DNA of 64,000 nt from an uncultured Chloroflexia bacterium (GCA_963833225.1 CAWHXD010000007.1:416001-480000); one strand, 5' to 3'; shown: positions 1 through 10,855, counted from the first letter of the stretch. Translations and numbers: made by a program. Notes: generated by a model not told the origin, from the sequence alone.

Positions 1-430
1 CAGCAAGGATGACGTGGACAAGATGGTCCGCGACGCCGAGAGCCATGCCGACGAGGACAAGAAGCGGCGCGACGAGGTGGAGCTCCGCAACCAGGCCGAG
101 CAGCTGGGCTACCAGGCCGAGCGCACGCTCAAGGACCTGGGCGACAAGGTGTCCGGGGAGGACCGCGCGGAGATCGAGGCCCAGGTGTCCGCCCTGCGCG
201 AGGCGCTCAAGGGCACTGACACCGAGCTCATCTCGGCCGGGATGGCCAAGGTCATGGAGACGCTCAACCGCGTGTCGGCCACCGCGTACCAGGCATCCGC
301 GACCGAGGAGGGGGCCGGCGACGGCGCCGCGCCCGAGGGCGGGGCCTCCGATGGCGCCGATGCGGGCTCCGCCGGCGACGCCGCGGACGCGGGCGACGAG
401 ACGGTGGAGGGCGAGTTCAAGGAGGTCTAG
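1..430 (+). CDS. dnaK: Chaperone DnaK, C-terminal part (5' truncated by window)
   Basis: KDDVDKMVRDAESHADEDKKRRDEVELRNQAEQL lid helix and acidic tail ending VEGEFKEV. Confidence 0.95.
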   Translation, partial: SKDDVDKMVRDAESHADEDKKRRDEVELRNQAEQLGYQAERTLKDLGDKVSGEDRAEIEAQVSALREALKGTDTELISAGMAKVMETLNRVSATAYQASATEEGAGDGAAPEGGASDGADAGSAGDAADAGDETVEGEFKEV

Positions 431-474
431 CCGCTGGCGGGCATCCCAAGTCGCCCTCCGCCCAAGTTCCTACG

Positions 475-505
475 CGACCGCCGGCAGCTCGCCGGCGGTC
501 GTTTG
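475..505 (+). terminator. Probable intrinsic terminator after dnaK
   Basis: 11-bp stem CGACCGCCGGC/GCCGGCGGTCG, 5-nt loop, followed by TTTG. Confidence 0.65.
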
Positions 506-760
506 CGGTCTCGCGCTCACGTGCTCCGCCGGGCCCCAGCCGCCGCGATCCGCCGGGCGCCGGCCGCCCAAACGGTCGCGCGGTACGACGATGTGGGCGC
601 CGGGAGCCGCAGCTGTTCACAGCGGGTTGCCGGGCGTAACAGGCCGGGCGCCTGACGCCCGCATCGACCCGGCACGCGCTCGTTCGATCGGCGGGCGCCC
701 AAAGTGGCCCTTGCGGCCCGGGGCCATAATCGTTGGGCGCCACAGCGGAGGAGTCCCTCG

Positions 761-1000
761 ATGACCGACACAGCCTGGAGATGGGCCACCCTCGACGAGA
801 AGGGCCTTGAGCTGGTCCAGGAGACGGAACGGACGATCGGCGCCGACGTGGTGCTGGTCTACGCCACGGGCGGGCCGCGCACGGACGGCAGGACGCGTGA
901 CGGACTGCTCCCCGCGAGCCTCGACGAGAGCGCGATCGAGTGCCTCCAGGGCATGGAGCAGATGATCGGCGCCGTTGCGGTCGCGTACCAGCGAGCCTGA
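761..1000 (+). CDS. Small protein (79 aa) with two internal repeats
   Basis: GGAGGAG RBS before ATG 761; repeats ATLDEKGLELVQETERTIGADVVLVY and ASLDESAIECLQGMEQMIGAVAVAY. Confidence 0.8.
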   Translation: MTDTAWRWATLDEKGLELVQETERTIGADVVLVYATGGPRTDGRTRDGLLPASLDESAIECLQGMEQMIGAVAVAYQRA

Positions 1001-1116
1001 GCCCGGCGGCGACTTTGCCCCATCGGGCAGCCTGTTCTGCCTTGCGGCGGCTGTCCGCGCGCGCGTCTCGGTGACTACGCTCCCCGGATCTGACGCCCGT
1101 CGCAGGATGGGGGCAA

Positions 1117-1497
1117 GTGATGCCCGGTCGCACGCTGCACCAGGAGATCGACACGGATGGGCGGTCGCACGCAGAGCCGGCGACCGTGCGCCGACCCGGT
1201 GCACCCACGGTCGAGCTGGCGCTTGACCTCCAGCGGCAGGCTGGCAACCGATCCGTGACGGCGCTGCTGGCTCGCCAGCATCCGGACGCCGACCGGCCCA
1301 CGAACCGTGCCCAGATCGCGGCGATGCCGGCGACCCCAGGCACCGTCGCGGCGATGGTCGCCACGGCGGCCCGGGCCACAGCGACGCGCGGCGGGGCCGC
1401 CAGCGTGCAGCGCGAGCCGTGCACCGATTGCCCGGACGCCTCCGCACCCGCGGCCCCGGATGAGGCCGACGGTCTCGAGACCTCCAGCCCGGGATGA
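1117..1497 (+). CDS. Hypothetical protein with LQRxAGN and VQR motifs
   Basis: LDLQRQAGNRSVTALL and SVQREPCTDCP; stop overlaps next start (ATGA). Confidence 0.65.
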   Translation: MMPGRTLHQEIDTDGRSHAEPATVRRPGAPTVELALDLQRQAGNRSVTALLARQHPDADRPTNRAQIAAMPATPGTVAAMVATAARATATRGGAASVQREPCTDCPDASAPAAPDEADGLETSSPG

Positions 1498-4400
1498 CCG
1501 CCTCGACGGCCGTCGCCACGCGGGCTCGGCAAGACGTCCGAGCCGACACGCCGAGTCCCGGCCGATCACCGTCCGGCCCGGCCGAGGCTTCAGGCGTCAG
1601 TGAGGGTGCGTCGCACCTGGCAGCGGACTTTGCGGACCAGCAATCGGCGCAGGCAGCGGCGTGGGATCCAGAGGGGTCGTCCATTCCAGGTGCGCCGGTC
1701 CGTACCGACGGGACCGGTGGGCCTCCCCTCGCGCGAGCGGGTGGCCGTGTCCGCTGGATGTCGCAGCCGGGCGCGAACGCCAGGGGGCCACTGCTCGATC
1801 TGCAGCGGCTTGCCGGCAATGCCGCCGTCGCCCAGGCTCTGCAGCGCGACACGCCTGGGAACCCGCGGCGCGACACCGCCGCAAGCCCGCAGCACGCCCC
1901 CGCTCCTGGCGTCCAGCGCCTCGAAATCCCGGGCCTTGGCGACATCGACATCTCTGGCTACATCAGCCGTGCTCTCTCGATCCTCGGTCCCGCCGAGGAA
2001 TCCCGGGACAAGGCGCGGACAGATGGTCGCAAACAGGCCGACGACGCCAAGAAGGCGTCAGACACGCAGATCGAGAGCGGCAAACACCAGCTCGACGCGG
2101 GCAAGGTCGAGGCCGAGCAGGCTGGGGAGGCCGGCTTCTCCGACACGCAGGCCAAGCATGAGGCTGCCGCGACCGCCGGGAAGGAGGACGCCGCGTCCGG
2201 CAAGTCCCACGGCGATCACGTCGCCGAGGAGATCAACGGGCTCGAGAGCTCCGTCGAGGGAATGGTCGATCCGTTGGCCGAGGACACCGGCTCCCCTGAT
2301 GCCGAGGTGGGTCACCAGGCGATCGACAAGGCTGCGGAGCACGCGGTCCAGCCGGGCGGGGAAGCGGCGCACGCCGTGCCAGAAGCGCCTGGGATCGAGA
2401 CCGCGCCCGGGCAGCTCGCCCCACCCAGCACGGAGCCTGCCGTCTCGCACGGCCCCGGTCCGCCTGGCCCCGGACCCGCGACGCACAATGCCGGCGCGCC
2501 GGCACCCGAGACCGAGCACCTTCCTGCCCAGGCTGGCGGGGGTGCCGACCACGGCGTGCCCGGCGCCGAGCCCGGCCCAGCCCAGGAGTCTGGCCTGCCC
2601 GGCCCGGGGCAGGTGCCGGCATCTGTCGTCCCTGGCGACCAGCCCGCGTCGCCGTCGGGCGGCCTGCCGCAGGCCAAGCCTGTGTCGCCATCGGGTGGCG
2701 CGCAGGAATCCAAGCCCGGTGGCCCCGACGGTGGTGGCGGCGGTTCGGCGGGTGGGGTGGCGAGCCCGGCCGCTCCTACGTGCGCTCTTGTCGAGGCCGT
2801 CAAGACCGTCGAGGGCTGGCGCGACAAGGTCAAGGCGTTCGCTGGCGGGGTCATCACCGAGGTCGGGAAGACACAGATCCCGGGTCTGGGCATGACCGTG
2901 GCCGAGCTTGGCGCAAAGGCGAAGAAGCTTGCGCTGGGGGTCAAGAAGCGCGTGGACGGGATCAAGAGCAAGGCCGTTACCTGGGCGAAGAAGAAGGCAG
3001 CCGGTATCAAGAAGACGATCACCGACGAGCTCGCCAAAGCAAAGCGGGGGATCGACACCGCCGTCAAGACGGTCAAGGGCGTCATCAAGGGTGCCAAGGA
3101 GGTCGTGGGCGGCCTCTGGGAGACCGCGAAGAGCGGCGTCAAGACCGCGATCGAGGGAATTCGGGCCGGAGTCACCAGCCGTGTCCGGGCAGCGACCGCG
3201 CGTGTTCAAGCTTTCGTGAATGGCCTGCCGGGACCGGTCAAGGGGCTGCTCGGGGCCGTGGGGACCCGGATCCGCTCCCTCGTCGGCGGCGACCCGCTGG
3301 GCGACGCCGCTGCGCATCTGCGCGCAAAGTGGCAGGCCGCAAAGGACGGTCTGCGGCAGGCGAAGGAGGGCGCCGCCAGGGTGGTGACCGCCGTTGCGGA
3401 CGGCGTCGTCAAGGTCGCAGCCGCCAAGTTCCAGGAGGCAAAGACCGTCGCGAAGGCCGTCGTCGATACCGCCAAGACGGTCGCGCCGTATGTCCTGGGT
3501 GCGGCGGCTCCGGGTGCCGTCGCCGTTGCCGCAGCAGCGAAGTCCGCCGCCGGCAGATGGGGCAAGCAGCTGCGCGACGGGGCCGACCGGGTGGGCAAGG
3601 CGATCAAGGGCGAGGCATGCGAGGCGATCGGCGAGACGGTGGGTCCCTGCCTGGACATGTATCTCCCCAAGCCGGACAACAACCAGAAGGGGTTCGCCAA
3701 GCTCAGCGGGCAGGCGGACATCACGGTGCCGCTGCAGGAGGTGGACGTCCCGTGCAACGTCAAGATGGGGCGCGGAGCGTCAGTGTCGGTGGAGCGGTCG
3801 CCGTCCGGGTATGGCGTGGCCGTTGACGGCGAGGCATTCGTCTTCGCCAATCTCGCGGCCGGCAAGGAGGGGACCAAGACGGAGGTCAAGGTCGAGCTGC
3901 CAACCGGTGGCATGGCCACGGTCTGGGAGCACCTCAGCGGCGTGCCGGCAACTGCGCCGGCAGGCGGACCGGCCCCGGCGGGCGGACCGGCCGCGGCCCC
4001 CGCAGGCGGTCCGGCGCCCGCAACGGGCGGTGGTGCCGGCCCGTCGGCCCCTGCCCCAACAGCCCCGACCGCTGGATCACCCGGCACGCCCGGCGGGACC
4101 AAGCCCGGAACCCCCGCCCAGGCACCGGGTCAGGCGCCCGGTGGCGGAGGCCCGGATGTCGCAGGGGAGGTCGAAGGTGGCGTCAAGGGTTCCGCGAATC
4201 TCAAGTTCTTCTTCCCGACCACGGGGGCCACGACGTGCGAGGGTGCGGGTGGCGTGTCCTCGCTGCTCGGAGCGCTGGGGGTCGCGGCCTCGCTCCCGTC
4301 GCCGCTCGACACCCTTGCGCGCTCTGGGGTGGTGGGGTCCTGGGAGGGGAACCTTGTCTCGAACACGGTGACCATGGGGATCGCCGGCGGCGGTCAGGTC

Positions 4401-5195
4401 GAGGTGTCCGAGGATGGCCTTGGGGCACTCAAGGCCCAGGGCCAGGGCGAGGCATACGTGACCACGGGCGTCGAGCGGCCCGACCAGTCGAGCCTCACCG
4501 GCACTCCGACGCACACGGTCGCGGATGGTGCCGACCATACCGTTGACCCGAATCTGAATGGGCCGTACGCGAAGAAGCCCGCCGGATCGGATCCCAACGC
4601 GCTCCGCCCCGTGCTGAAGATCGGCACGGCCGTGAAGGGCGAGGCGGCGGTGGAGCTGGCCGCTCCCCAGCTGATGCCCGCCAAGGCCGGCGCTTCCGGG
4701 TCGGCCAGGATCGAGGCCCTCCTGCTGTACGACAAGCCCGCCGACCGGATCATCCTGCAGTCGGTCACGGCCTCTGGCGAGATTGGTGTGTCCGTCGGCG
4801 GCATCAACCCCGCTCTGGTCGCTTCCCAGCTGGCGACCCCGATCGGTCCGGCAGCGGCCGCCAGGATCACCAGTCTCGGGCTCGCCCACAGCAACGGGTC
4901 AATCAAGGCTTCGGTCACGGGCAAAGCCGACAACCTGCAGAAGTACATCGACGCCGTCGGCAGATTCCTCAGCGGCCCTCCGTCGGGAATCTCGGCCTCG
5001 GGTCTGGCCACGGCCGTTCGCGCGGTCCACGCCCCGGGCGACTTCTCGACCTCGGTGCAGGTCACCGCGACGGTCAGCGACAAGATCGGGGTCGAGGGCA
5101 AGGTCGAGGAGATCGGCAAGGAGGGGATGAAGGCGGGGGTGAGCGCGAAAGGCTCGCTCGAGATCGGCAAGGAGTACCAGCTCTACCCGTCCTGA
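1494..5195 (+). CDS. Large (1233 aa) effector-like protein with LQRxAGN motif, Pro/Gly linkers, Lys-rich helical region and beta-rich C-terminus
   Basis: Long uninterrupted ORF with GC-rich third positions; LLDLQRLAGNAAVAQALQRD and PGVQRL. Confidence 0.85.
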   Translation: MTASTAVATRARQDVRADTPSPGRSPSGPAEASGVSEGASHLAADFADQQSAQAAAWDPEGSSIPGAPVRTDGTGGPPLARAGGRVRWMSQPGANARGPLLDLQRLAGNAAVAQALQRDTPGNPRRDTAASPQHAPAPGVQRLEIPGLGDIDISGYISRALSILGPAEESRDKARTDGRKQADDAKKASDTQIESGKHQLDAGKVEAEQAGEAGFSDTQAKHEAAATAGKEDAASGKSHGDHVAEEINGLESSVEGMVDPLAEDTGSPDAEVGHQAIDKAAEHAVQPGGEAAHAVPEAPGIETAPGQLAPPSTEPAVSHGPGPPGPGPATHNAGAPAPETEHLPAQAGGGADHGVPGAEPGPAQESGLPGPGQVPASVVPGDQPASPSGGLPQAKPVSPSGGAQESKPGGPDGGGGGSAGGVASPAAPTCALVEAVKTVEGWRDKVKAFAGGVITEVGKTQIPGLGMTVAELGAKAKKLALGVKKRVDGIKSKAVTWAKKKAAGIKKTITDELAKAKRGIDTAVKTVKGVIKGAKEVVGGLWETAKSGVKTAIEGIRAGVTSRVRAATARVQAFVNGLPGPVKGLLGAVGTRIRSLVGGDPLGDAAAHLRAKWQAAKDGLRQAKEGAARVVTAVADGVVKVAAAKFQEAKTVAKAVVDTAKTVAPYVLGAAAPGAVAVAAAAKSAAGRWGKQLRDGADRVGKAIKGEACEAIGETVGPCLDMYLPKPDNNQKGFAKLSGQADITVPLQEVDVPCNVKMGRGASVSVERSPSGYGVAVDGEAFVFANLAAGKEGTKTEVKVELPTGGMATVWEHLSGVPATAPAGGPAPAGGPAAAPAGGPAPATGGGAGPSAPAPTAPTAGSPGTPGGTKPGTPAQAPGQAPGGGGPDVAGEVEGGVKGSANLKFFFPTTGATTCEGAGGVSSLLGALGVAASLPSPLDTLARSGVVGSWEGNLVSNTVTMGIAGGGQVEVSEDGLGALKAQGQGEAYVTTGVERPDQSSLTGTPTHTVADGADHTVDPNLNGPYAKKPAGSDPNALRPVLKIGTAVKGEAAVELAAPQLMPAKAGASGSARIEALLLYDKPADRIILQSVTASGEIGVSVGGINPALVASQLATPIGPAAAARITSLGLAHSNGSIKASVTGKADNLQKYIDAVGRFLSGPPSGISASGLATAVRAVHAPGDFSTSVQVTATVSDKIGVEGKVEEIGKEGMKAGVSAKGSLEIGKEYQLYPS

Positions 5196-5250
5196 AACTC
5201 GATACATCCAAGGCGCACGTTGCGGCGACCGTCGGTGTAGGATGGCGCGT

Positions 5251-5274
5251 GACCGACCGACCGGTCGGTCGGTC
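5251..5274. promoter_or_regulatory. Perfect 24-bp palindrome, probable TetR operator
   Basis: GACCGACCGACCGGTCGGTCGGTC, 7 nt after a TAGGAT -10-like box (5238-5243) and just upstream of tetR. Confidence 0.8.
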
Positions 5275-5295
5275 GCCTGCGAGGACCCCTACGCC

Positions 5296-5958
5296 ATGCC
5301 CCGCCCCGATCCCGCCGAGCAGAGCCGCAGCCGCCGCGAGCGGATCCTGGATGCCGCATTCCACGCGTTTGCGACGCGCGGCTATCGCGAGACGGCGGTG
5401 GACGATATCGCCGGCGCCGCGGAGACGTCGAAGGGTGGCATCTACTTCCACTTCCCCACCAAGGAGGCCATCTTCCGCGAGCTGATGGGCTCCACGGCGG
5501 ACAAGCTGGTTGCCAAGGTGGAGCGCGCGGTCGCCCTGGAGACGGAACCGGTGGCGCGCGCCGAGGCCGCGATCCGGACCGTGCTCGCCACCTTCGCCGG
5601 GCACCGGACGATGGCCCGCCTGCTGTTCCTCGACACCGTCGGGGCGGGCCGGATCTTCCAGGCCGAGGCCAACGCCCTCCACGAGCGCTTCGCCCGGCTG
5701 ATCCAGGGGTACCTGGACGAGGCGGTGGCGGCCGGCGCGGCTCCGCCGATGGATACGCGGATCACGAGCATCGCCTGGTTCGGGGCGCTCAACGAGGTGG
5801 TGGGACGCTGGCTGCTGGCCGACCAGCCCGGGCGCCTCGAGGACGCCTACCCGGCGCTGCGGGCAGCCCTGCTGCGCTCGGCCGGCGTCTCGGCGGAGCG
5901 GATCGGCGAGATCCCCGCGCCGCGAGATGACTGGGACTTCCCGGAGCCACTCCCGTGA
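5296..5958 (+). CDS. TetR/AcrR family regulator
   Basis: RERILDAAFHAFATRGYRETAVDDIAGAAETSKGGIYFHFPTKEAIF HTH; GAGGA RBS. Confidence 0.95.
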   Translation: MPRPDPAEQSRSRRERILDAAFHAFATRGYRETAVDDIAGAAETSKGGIYFHFPTKEAIFRELMGSTADKLVAKVERAVALETEPVARAEAAIRTVLATFAGHRTMARLLFLDTVGAGRIFQAEANALHERFARLIQGYLDEAVAAGAAPPMDTRITSIAWFGALNEVVGRWLLADQPGRLEDAYPALRAALLRSAGVSAERIGEIPAPRDDWDFPEPLP

Positions 5959-7412
5959 CGACGCTCCAGCGGCCGGCGGTCCGCCCGGAGGACGAGGCTG
6001 CGGCGCTCGGCGAGCGGCTGGCGGGGCTGCTCGACACGGCGCCGCCGACCGACACTCCCTTCCTGTCCGCGACCGTGCCGTCGGGCGGTACCGACCCGAT
6101 CTCGCTGGTCGCGGCCGCGATCGAGGCCGATCTGGAGGTGGCGCTCTGGCTACGGCCCTCCGAGGGTTTCGCGCTCGTCGGCATCGGACGTGCCTGGGCC
6201 GTGGAGCCCGCGGGGCCGGGCCGGTTCCGCGATGCCGAGGCGGCCTGGCGAACCGCGGTGCGCGCAGCGGCGGTGGACCGTCCTGAGGCCCAGGTGCCCG
6301 TCGCGGGCCCGGTGCTCGTGGGCGCGCTCGGGTTTGCCGGACGGGTTCCGGACGCCGGTGATCCGTGGGGCCCGTTCGGCGCCAGCTCGCTCGTGCTTCC
6401 AGAGCTGATGCTCGCGGTGACGAGTGACGGGGCGTTCCTGACCGGCTCCCTGGCCGGCCACGGAACGGCAGCCGGGATCCGGGCGCTGGAGCGGCGGTGG
6501 GAGCGCCTGGCCGCCCGGGCACGGGCCCTGACCCCCAATCCCAACGGGATGGTCGCGATGCCCGTGTTCGCGCCGCTCACGGTTGCGGGCGAGCAGCCGA
6601 CGCACGAGCACTGGCGTCGACTGGTGGGGATGTTCTCGGGTGCCGTCGGGCGCGGGCGCATCGACAAGGTGGTCCTGGCCCGCCGCGTCGAGCTGCGATC
6701 GCCGATGGAGCTCGATGTCGCCAACGCCCTTCGCCGCCTGGCCGCGGGCGCGCCGGAGAGCACCACCTACGCGTTCCGCCGCGACGGGCGCACGTTCCTG
6801 GGCGCCACGCCCGAGCGGCTGGTCCGCACCCAGGCCCGCACGTTCCGGACGGTGGCCGTGGCGGGCACCATCCGGCGCGGGGCCGATGCCGAGGAGGACG
6901 AGCAGCTGGGGCGGGCCCTCCTCGCGTCCGAGAAGGACCGCGAGGAGCACGCCATCGTCGTGGATGCCATCCGGAACCTGCTGCGACCGGTCGCGGACAG
7001 CCTCTCGGTGGCCCCCGAGCCGGGTGTCATGACCCTCCGCTTCGTCCAGCACCTGGTCACCGAGATCGTCGGGACGGTGCCCGAGGGCCGCGGGCTGCTC
7101 GCGCTGGGTGAGCGGCTCCATCCCACGCCCGCGGTGGGTGGCGAGCCACGCGACGTGGCGCTCGCGCTGCTCGACGAGCACGAGGGCTTCGATCGCGGCT
7201 GGTACGCGGGACCCGTTGGCTGGCTCGGCGCCGACGGGGACGGGGAGCTGTGCGTCGCGCTCCGGTGCGGCATCGTGGACCGGACGCGGGCCACGCTGTT
7301 CGCCGGCTGCGGCATCGTCGCGGACTCCGACCCGGATCTCGAGTGGGAGGAGTCCCGCATCAAGCTGCGCTCGGTGATCAGCTCGCTGGGCATCCCCGGG
7401 GACGAGCGATGA
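5955..7412 (+). CDS. menF: Isochorismate synthase
   Basis: KVVLAR, FLGATPERL, EKDREEH, LHPTPAVGG, GCGIVADS chorismate-binding motifs; men context. Confidence 0.92.
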   Translation: MTTLQRPAVRPEDEAAALGERLAGLLDTAPPTDTPFLSATVPSGGTDPISLVAAAIEADLEVALWLRPSEGFALVGIGRAWAVEPAGPGRFRDAEAAWRTAVRAAAVDRPEAQVPVAGPVLVGALGFAGRVPDAGDPWGPFGASSLVLPELMLAVTSDGAFLTGSLAGHGTAAGIRALERRWERLAARARALTPNPNGMVAMPVFAPLTVAGEQPTHEHWRRLVGMFSGAVGRGRIDKVVLARRVELRSPMELDVANALRRLAAGAPESTTYAFRRDGRTFLGATPERLVRTQARTFRTVAVAGTIRRGADAEEDEQLGRALLASEKDREEHAIVVDAIRNLLRPVADSLSVAPEPGVMTLRFVQHLVTEIVGTVPEGRGLLALGERLHPTPAVGGEPRDVALALLDEHEGFDRGWYAGPVGWLGADGDGELCVALRCGIVDRTRATLFAGCGIVADSDPDLEWEESRIKLRSVISSLGIPGDER

Positions 7413-9192
7413 CGCGGGCGGACGGGCTGCGAGCCTTCGTCGACGAGCTGGTGGCGGCCGGCGTCCGGGAGGCCGTGGTGTGCCCGGGCTCCCGCTCGAC
7501 GCCGATGGCGCTGGCCCTGCGGACGGCGCCGGGGCTCCGGGTGCGGGTGCTGTACGACGAGCGGGCCGCCGGCTTCTTCGCGTTGGGCATGGCGCGCACC
7601 TCGAGGCGGCCGGTGGTGCTGCTGTCGACGTCGGGGACGGCGGCGGTCGAGTTCGCGCCGGCGGTGGTCGAGGCGCAGCTGTCGCGGGTGCCGCTGGTGG
7701 TCCTCACGGCGGACCGACCGGCCGAGCTCCGCGATCGCGGGGCGCCCCAGACGATCGACCAGGTCCACCTGTACGGACGCGCCGCGAAGTGGTTCGCGGA
7801 GCTGCCGCTGCTCGACGGCGAGGAAGCGACGCTGGCGCACTGGCGGTGGGTCGCGGGCCGGGCGGCCGCCGTGGCCGCGGCCGGCCCCGCAGGTCCGGTC
7901 CAGGTGAACCTGCCGTTCCGCGAGCCGCTGCTGCCGGATGCGTCGCTGGACGTGGATCCTTCGGTCGTCCTGCCCGAGCGCCCCTTCACCGACGTGGTGA
8001 CCGGCCCTCGATTGCTCGCCGGCGCGGACCTGGACCGGCTCGCCGAGCGCCTTGCGGGCGCCCGCCGCGGGCTCATCGTCGCGGGTCCGGACGACGATCC
8101 GCGGCTGCCGCCGGCCCTGGCCGACCTGGCCCGCGTCACCGGCTTCCCGATCCTGGCCGATCCGCTGTCCGGTCTCCGCACCGGTCCCACGACCGGTCGC
8201 GCGTGATCGCCCGGGCCGACCAGCTCTGCCGCCAAGGCCCATGGATCGACGGGCACGCACCCGACCTCGTGCTCCGGACGGGAGCCATGCCCACGTCCAA
8301 GCCGATCCTGGAGCTGCTCGCCCGGACTCGCCCGGAGCTGATCGTGGTTGACGGCGATGCCGGCTGGCGCGAGGCGGCCATGATCCCGGTCACGTTCGTC
8401 CACGCGGATCCGGCGGCGACGGCCGTGGCGCTCAGCGGGCGGCTAGCGGGCGGCTGCCGGGCTGGATCGCGGCGCGGACGATCGCTGGGCGTCGGACTGG
8501 GCTGACGCCGATGCCGCCGTGGTCGCGGCGATGGACCGCTGGCTCGCCGCGCTCGACGAGTCGTTCGAGGGGGCGCCGTGGCCCGTGCTGGCCGACGCGC
8601 TGCCGGACGGCGCGATGCTGTGGGCCGCGAGCTCCATGCCGGTCCGGGACCTCGACGCGTGGCTGCCATCGACGGACCGCGCCATCACCGTGCGGTCCAA
8701 CCGGGGCGCCAACGGCATCGACGGCGTGGTGTCCACGGCGCTCGGATCGGCGGCGGTCGCGCGACGGGCCGGTCGCGCTCGTGGTCGGCGACATCGCCTT
8801 CCTCCACGATCTCAATGCGCTCGTCGGCGCTCGGCTCCACGGCCTGTCGACGACCATCGTGCTGGTCAACAACGATGGCGGCGGGATCTTCTCGTTCCTG
8901 CCCCAGGCCCGGCCCGGCATCCCGGTGGCGGGCTCGGGGCTGCCCGAGCACTACGAGGAGCTGTTCGGGACGCCGCACGGGATCGACGTCGGGCCGGCGG
9001 TCGAGGCGCTGGGGGGCGAGCACCAGGTCGTCGGGCACGGTGACCTCTCGACGGCCGTCCGCGGCTCCCTCGAACGGCCGGGCGTCCAGGTGCTGGAGCT
9101 GCGCACCGACCGGGCGCGAAACCTCGAGCTCCACCGGGAGGTCGCCGCCGCGGCCGCGCGCGCCCTGGCCGGGCTGGGAGCGCTCCGCGTGA
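7409..9192 (+). CDS. menD: SEPHCHC synthase MenD (frameshifted near 8190, 8460-8500 and 8760)
   Basis: CPGSRSTP, DERAAGFFALG, TADRPAELR, NRGANGIDG, GDIAFLHD and NNDGGGIF spread over several frames. Confidence 0.9.
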
Positions 9193-10027
9193 CGCGGCAT
9201 CGCGAGACCGCACGATCGACTTGCGGCCGTCACCGAGCGCGGGGCCGGTCGGCCGCTGCTGCTCCTCCACGGCTTCACCGGGTCGGCGGCGTCGTGGCGG
9301 GAGCACGTCGATGCGTTCGCCGGACCGGTTCCGGGTCATCGCCCCGGACCTCCCGGGACACGGCCGGACGCCGGCGACGCGCGCGTCCCGACGGCATGAC
9401 GGTCGAGGCGCACCGCGGACGCCCTCGCCGACGCTCCTCGCGCGAGCTGGGCGCGGTCCCGGCGACCGTCCTCGGCTACTCGCTCGGGCGCGCGGATCGC
9501 GCTCCGACTCGCCGATCGAGCACCCGGCCAGCCGTCGGGCGCCTCGTCCTCGAGAGCCCGTCGGCCGGGCATCGCGGACCCCGACGATCGAGCCGCCCGC
9601 CGGGCCGCCGACGAGACGCTTGCCGACCGCATCGAGCGCGACGGCATCGCCGACTTCGTCGACGGCCTGGGAGCGCAACCCGGTCTTCGCCGGCCACGCC
9701 GCCGCGGATCCGCGGCCCTCGCCCAGCAGCGCGCGATCCGCCTGACCTCGCGCCCCGCGGGCCTCGCCGCCAGCCTGCGTGCCGCCGGCCAGGGCTCGAT
9801 GGAGCCGCTCCACGACCGGCTGAGCGAGGTTGCCGCGCCCACGCTCGTCGATCGCCGGCGCGCTCGACGCCATCGGCCGTCGCGCGCGCCGAGCAGGTGG
9901 CACGCGGGCATCCCCGGCGCGCGCCTCGAGATCCTCGACGCCGTCGGCCACACCCCGCACCTCGAATCGCCCGACCGCTTCCGCCGACTCGTGCTCGACT
10001 TCACCGAGGAGGATACCCGCCGCATGA
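9189..10027 (+). CDS. menH: SHCHC synthase MenH (multiple frameshifts)
   Basis: LLLHGFTG, APDLPGHG, LGYSLG, LVLESPS and GHTPHLE fragments between menD and menB. Confidence 0.8.
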
Positions 10028-10855
10028 CCGCGCCCGTCACCTGGACATCCGTCGTCGAGTACCGGGACATCCGCTACGAGCACTGCGGGCACCGGGATCG
10101 CCAAGGTCACGATCAACCGGCCCGAGGTTCGCAACGCCTTCCGGCCCCAGACCGTGCGCGAGCTGATCGACGCCTTCGCCCGCATCCGCGACGACGCCTC
10201 GATCGGCTGCGTCCTGCTCACCGGCGCGGGCGACAAGGCCTTCTGCAGCGGCGGCGACCAGAAGTACAAGAGCCACGAGGGCGGCTACCTCGACACGGAC
10301 GGCATCGCCCGGCTCAACGTGCTCGACCTCCAGCGCCAGATCCGGAGCCTGCCGATCCCGGTGATCGCGCTCGTCAACGGCTACGCCATCGGCGGTGGGC
10401 ACGTCCTCCACATCGTGTGCGACATGACGATCGCCAGCGACAACGCCATCTTCGGCCAGGTGGGGCCCCGGGTCGGCAGCTTCGACGCCGGGTTCGGGGT
10501 CGGCCTGCTGGCGCGGCTGGTCGGCGACAAGAAGGCCAAGGAGATCTGGTTCCTGTGCCGCCAGTACAACGCCGCCGAGGCGCTCGAGATGCGCCTCGTG
10601 AACAAGGTCGTGCCGCTTGCCGAGCTCGAGGCCGAGGGCGTGCAGTGGGCCGACGAGATCCTCGACATGAGCCCCACGGCGATCCGGTTCCTCAAGTCGG
10701 CGTTCCTCGTCGCCACCGACGGCCTGGCCGGGCTCCAGGAGTTCGCCGGCAACGCCACCGGGCTGTACTACACGACCGACGAGGCGCACGAGGGGTCGAC
10801 GGCGTTCCTCGAGAAGCGCCGGCCGGACTACCGCAAGTACCCGCGGCGCCCATGA
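10024..10855 (+). CDS. menB: 1,4-dihydroxy-2-naphthoyl-CoA synthase (frameshift near 10090)
   Basis: [43 protein letters not shown]. Confidence 0.95.
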
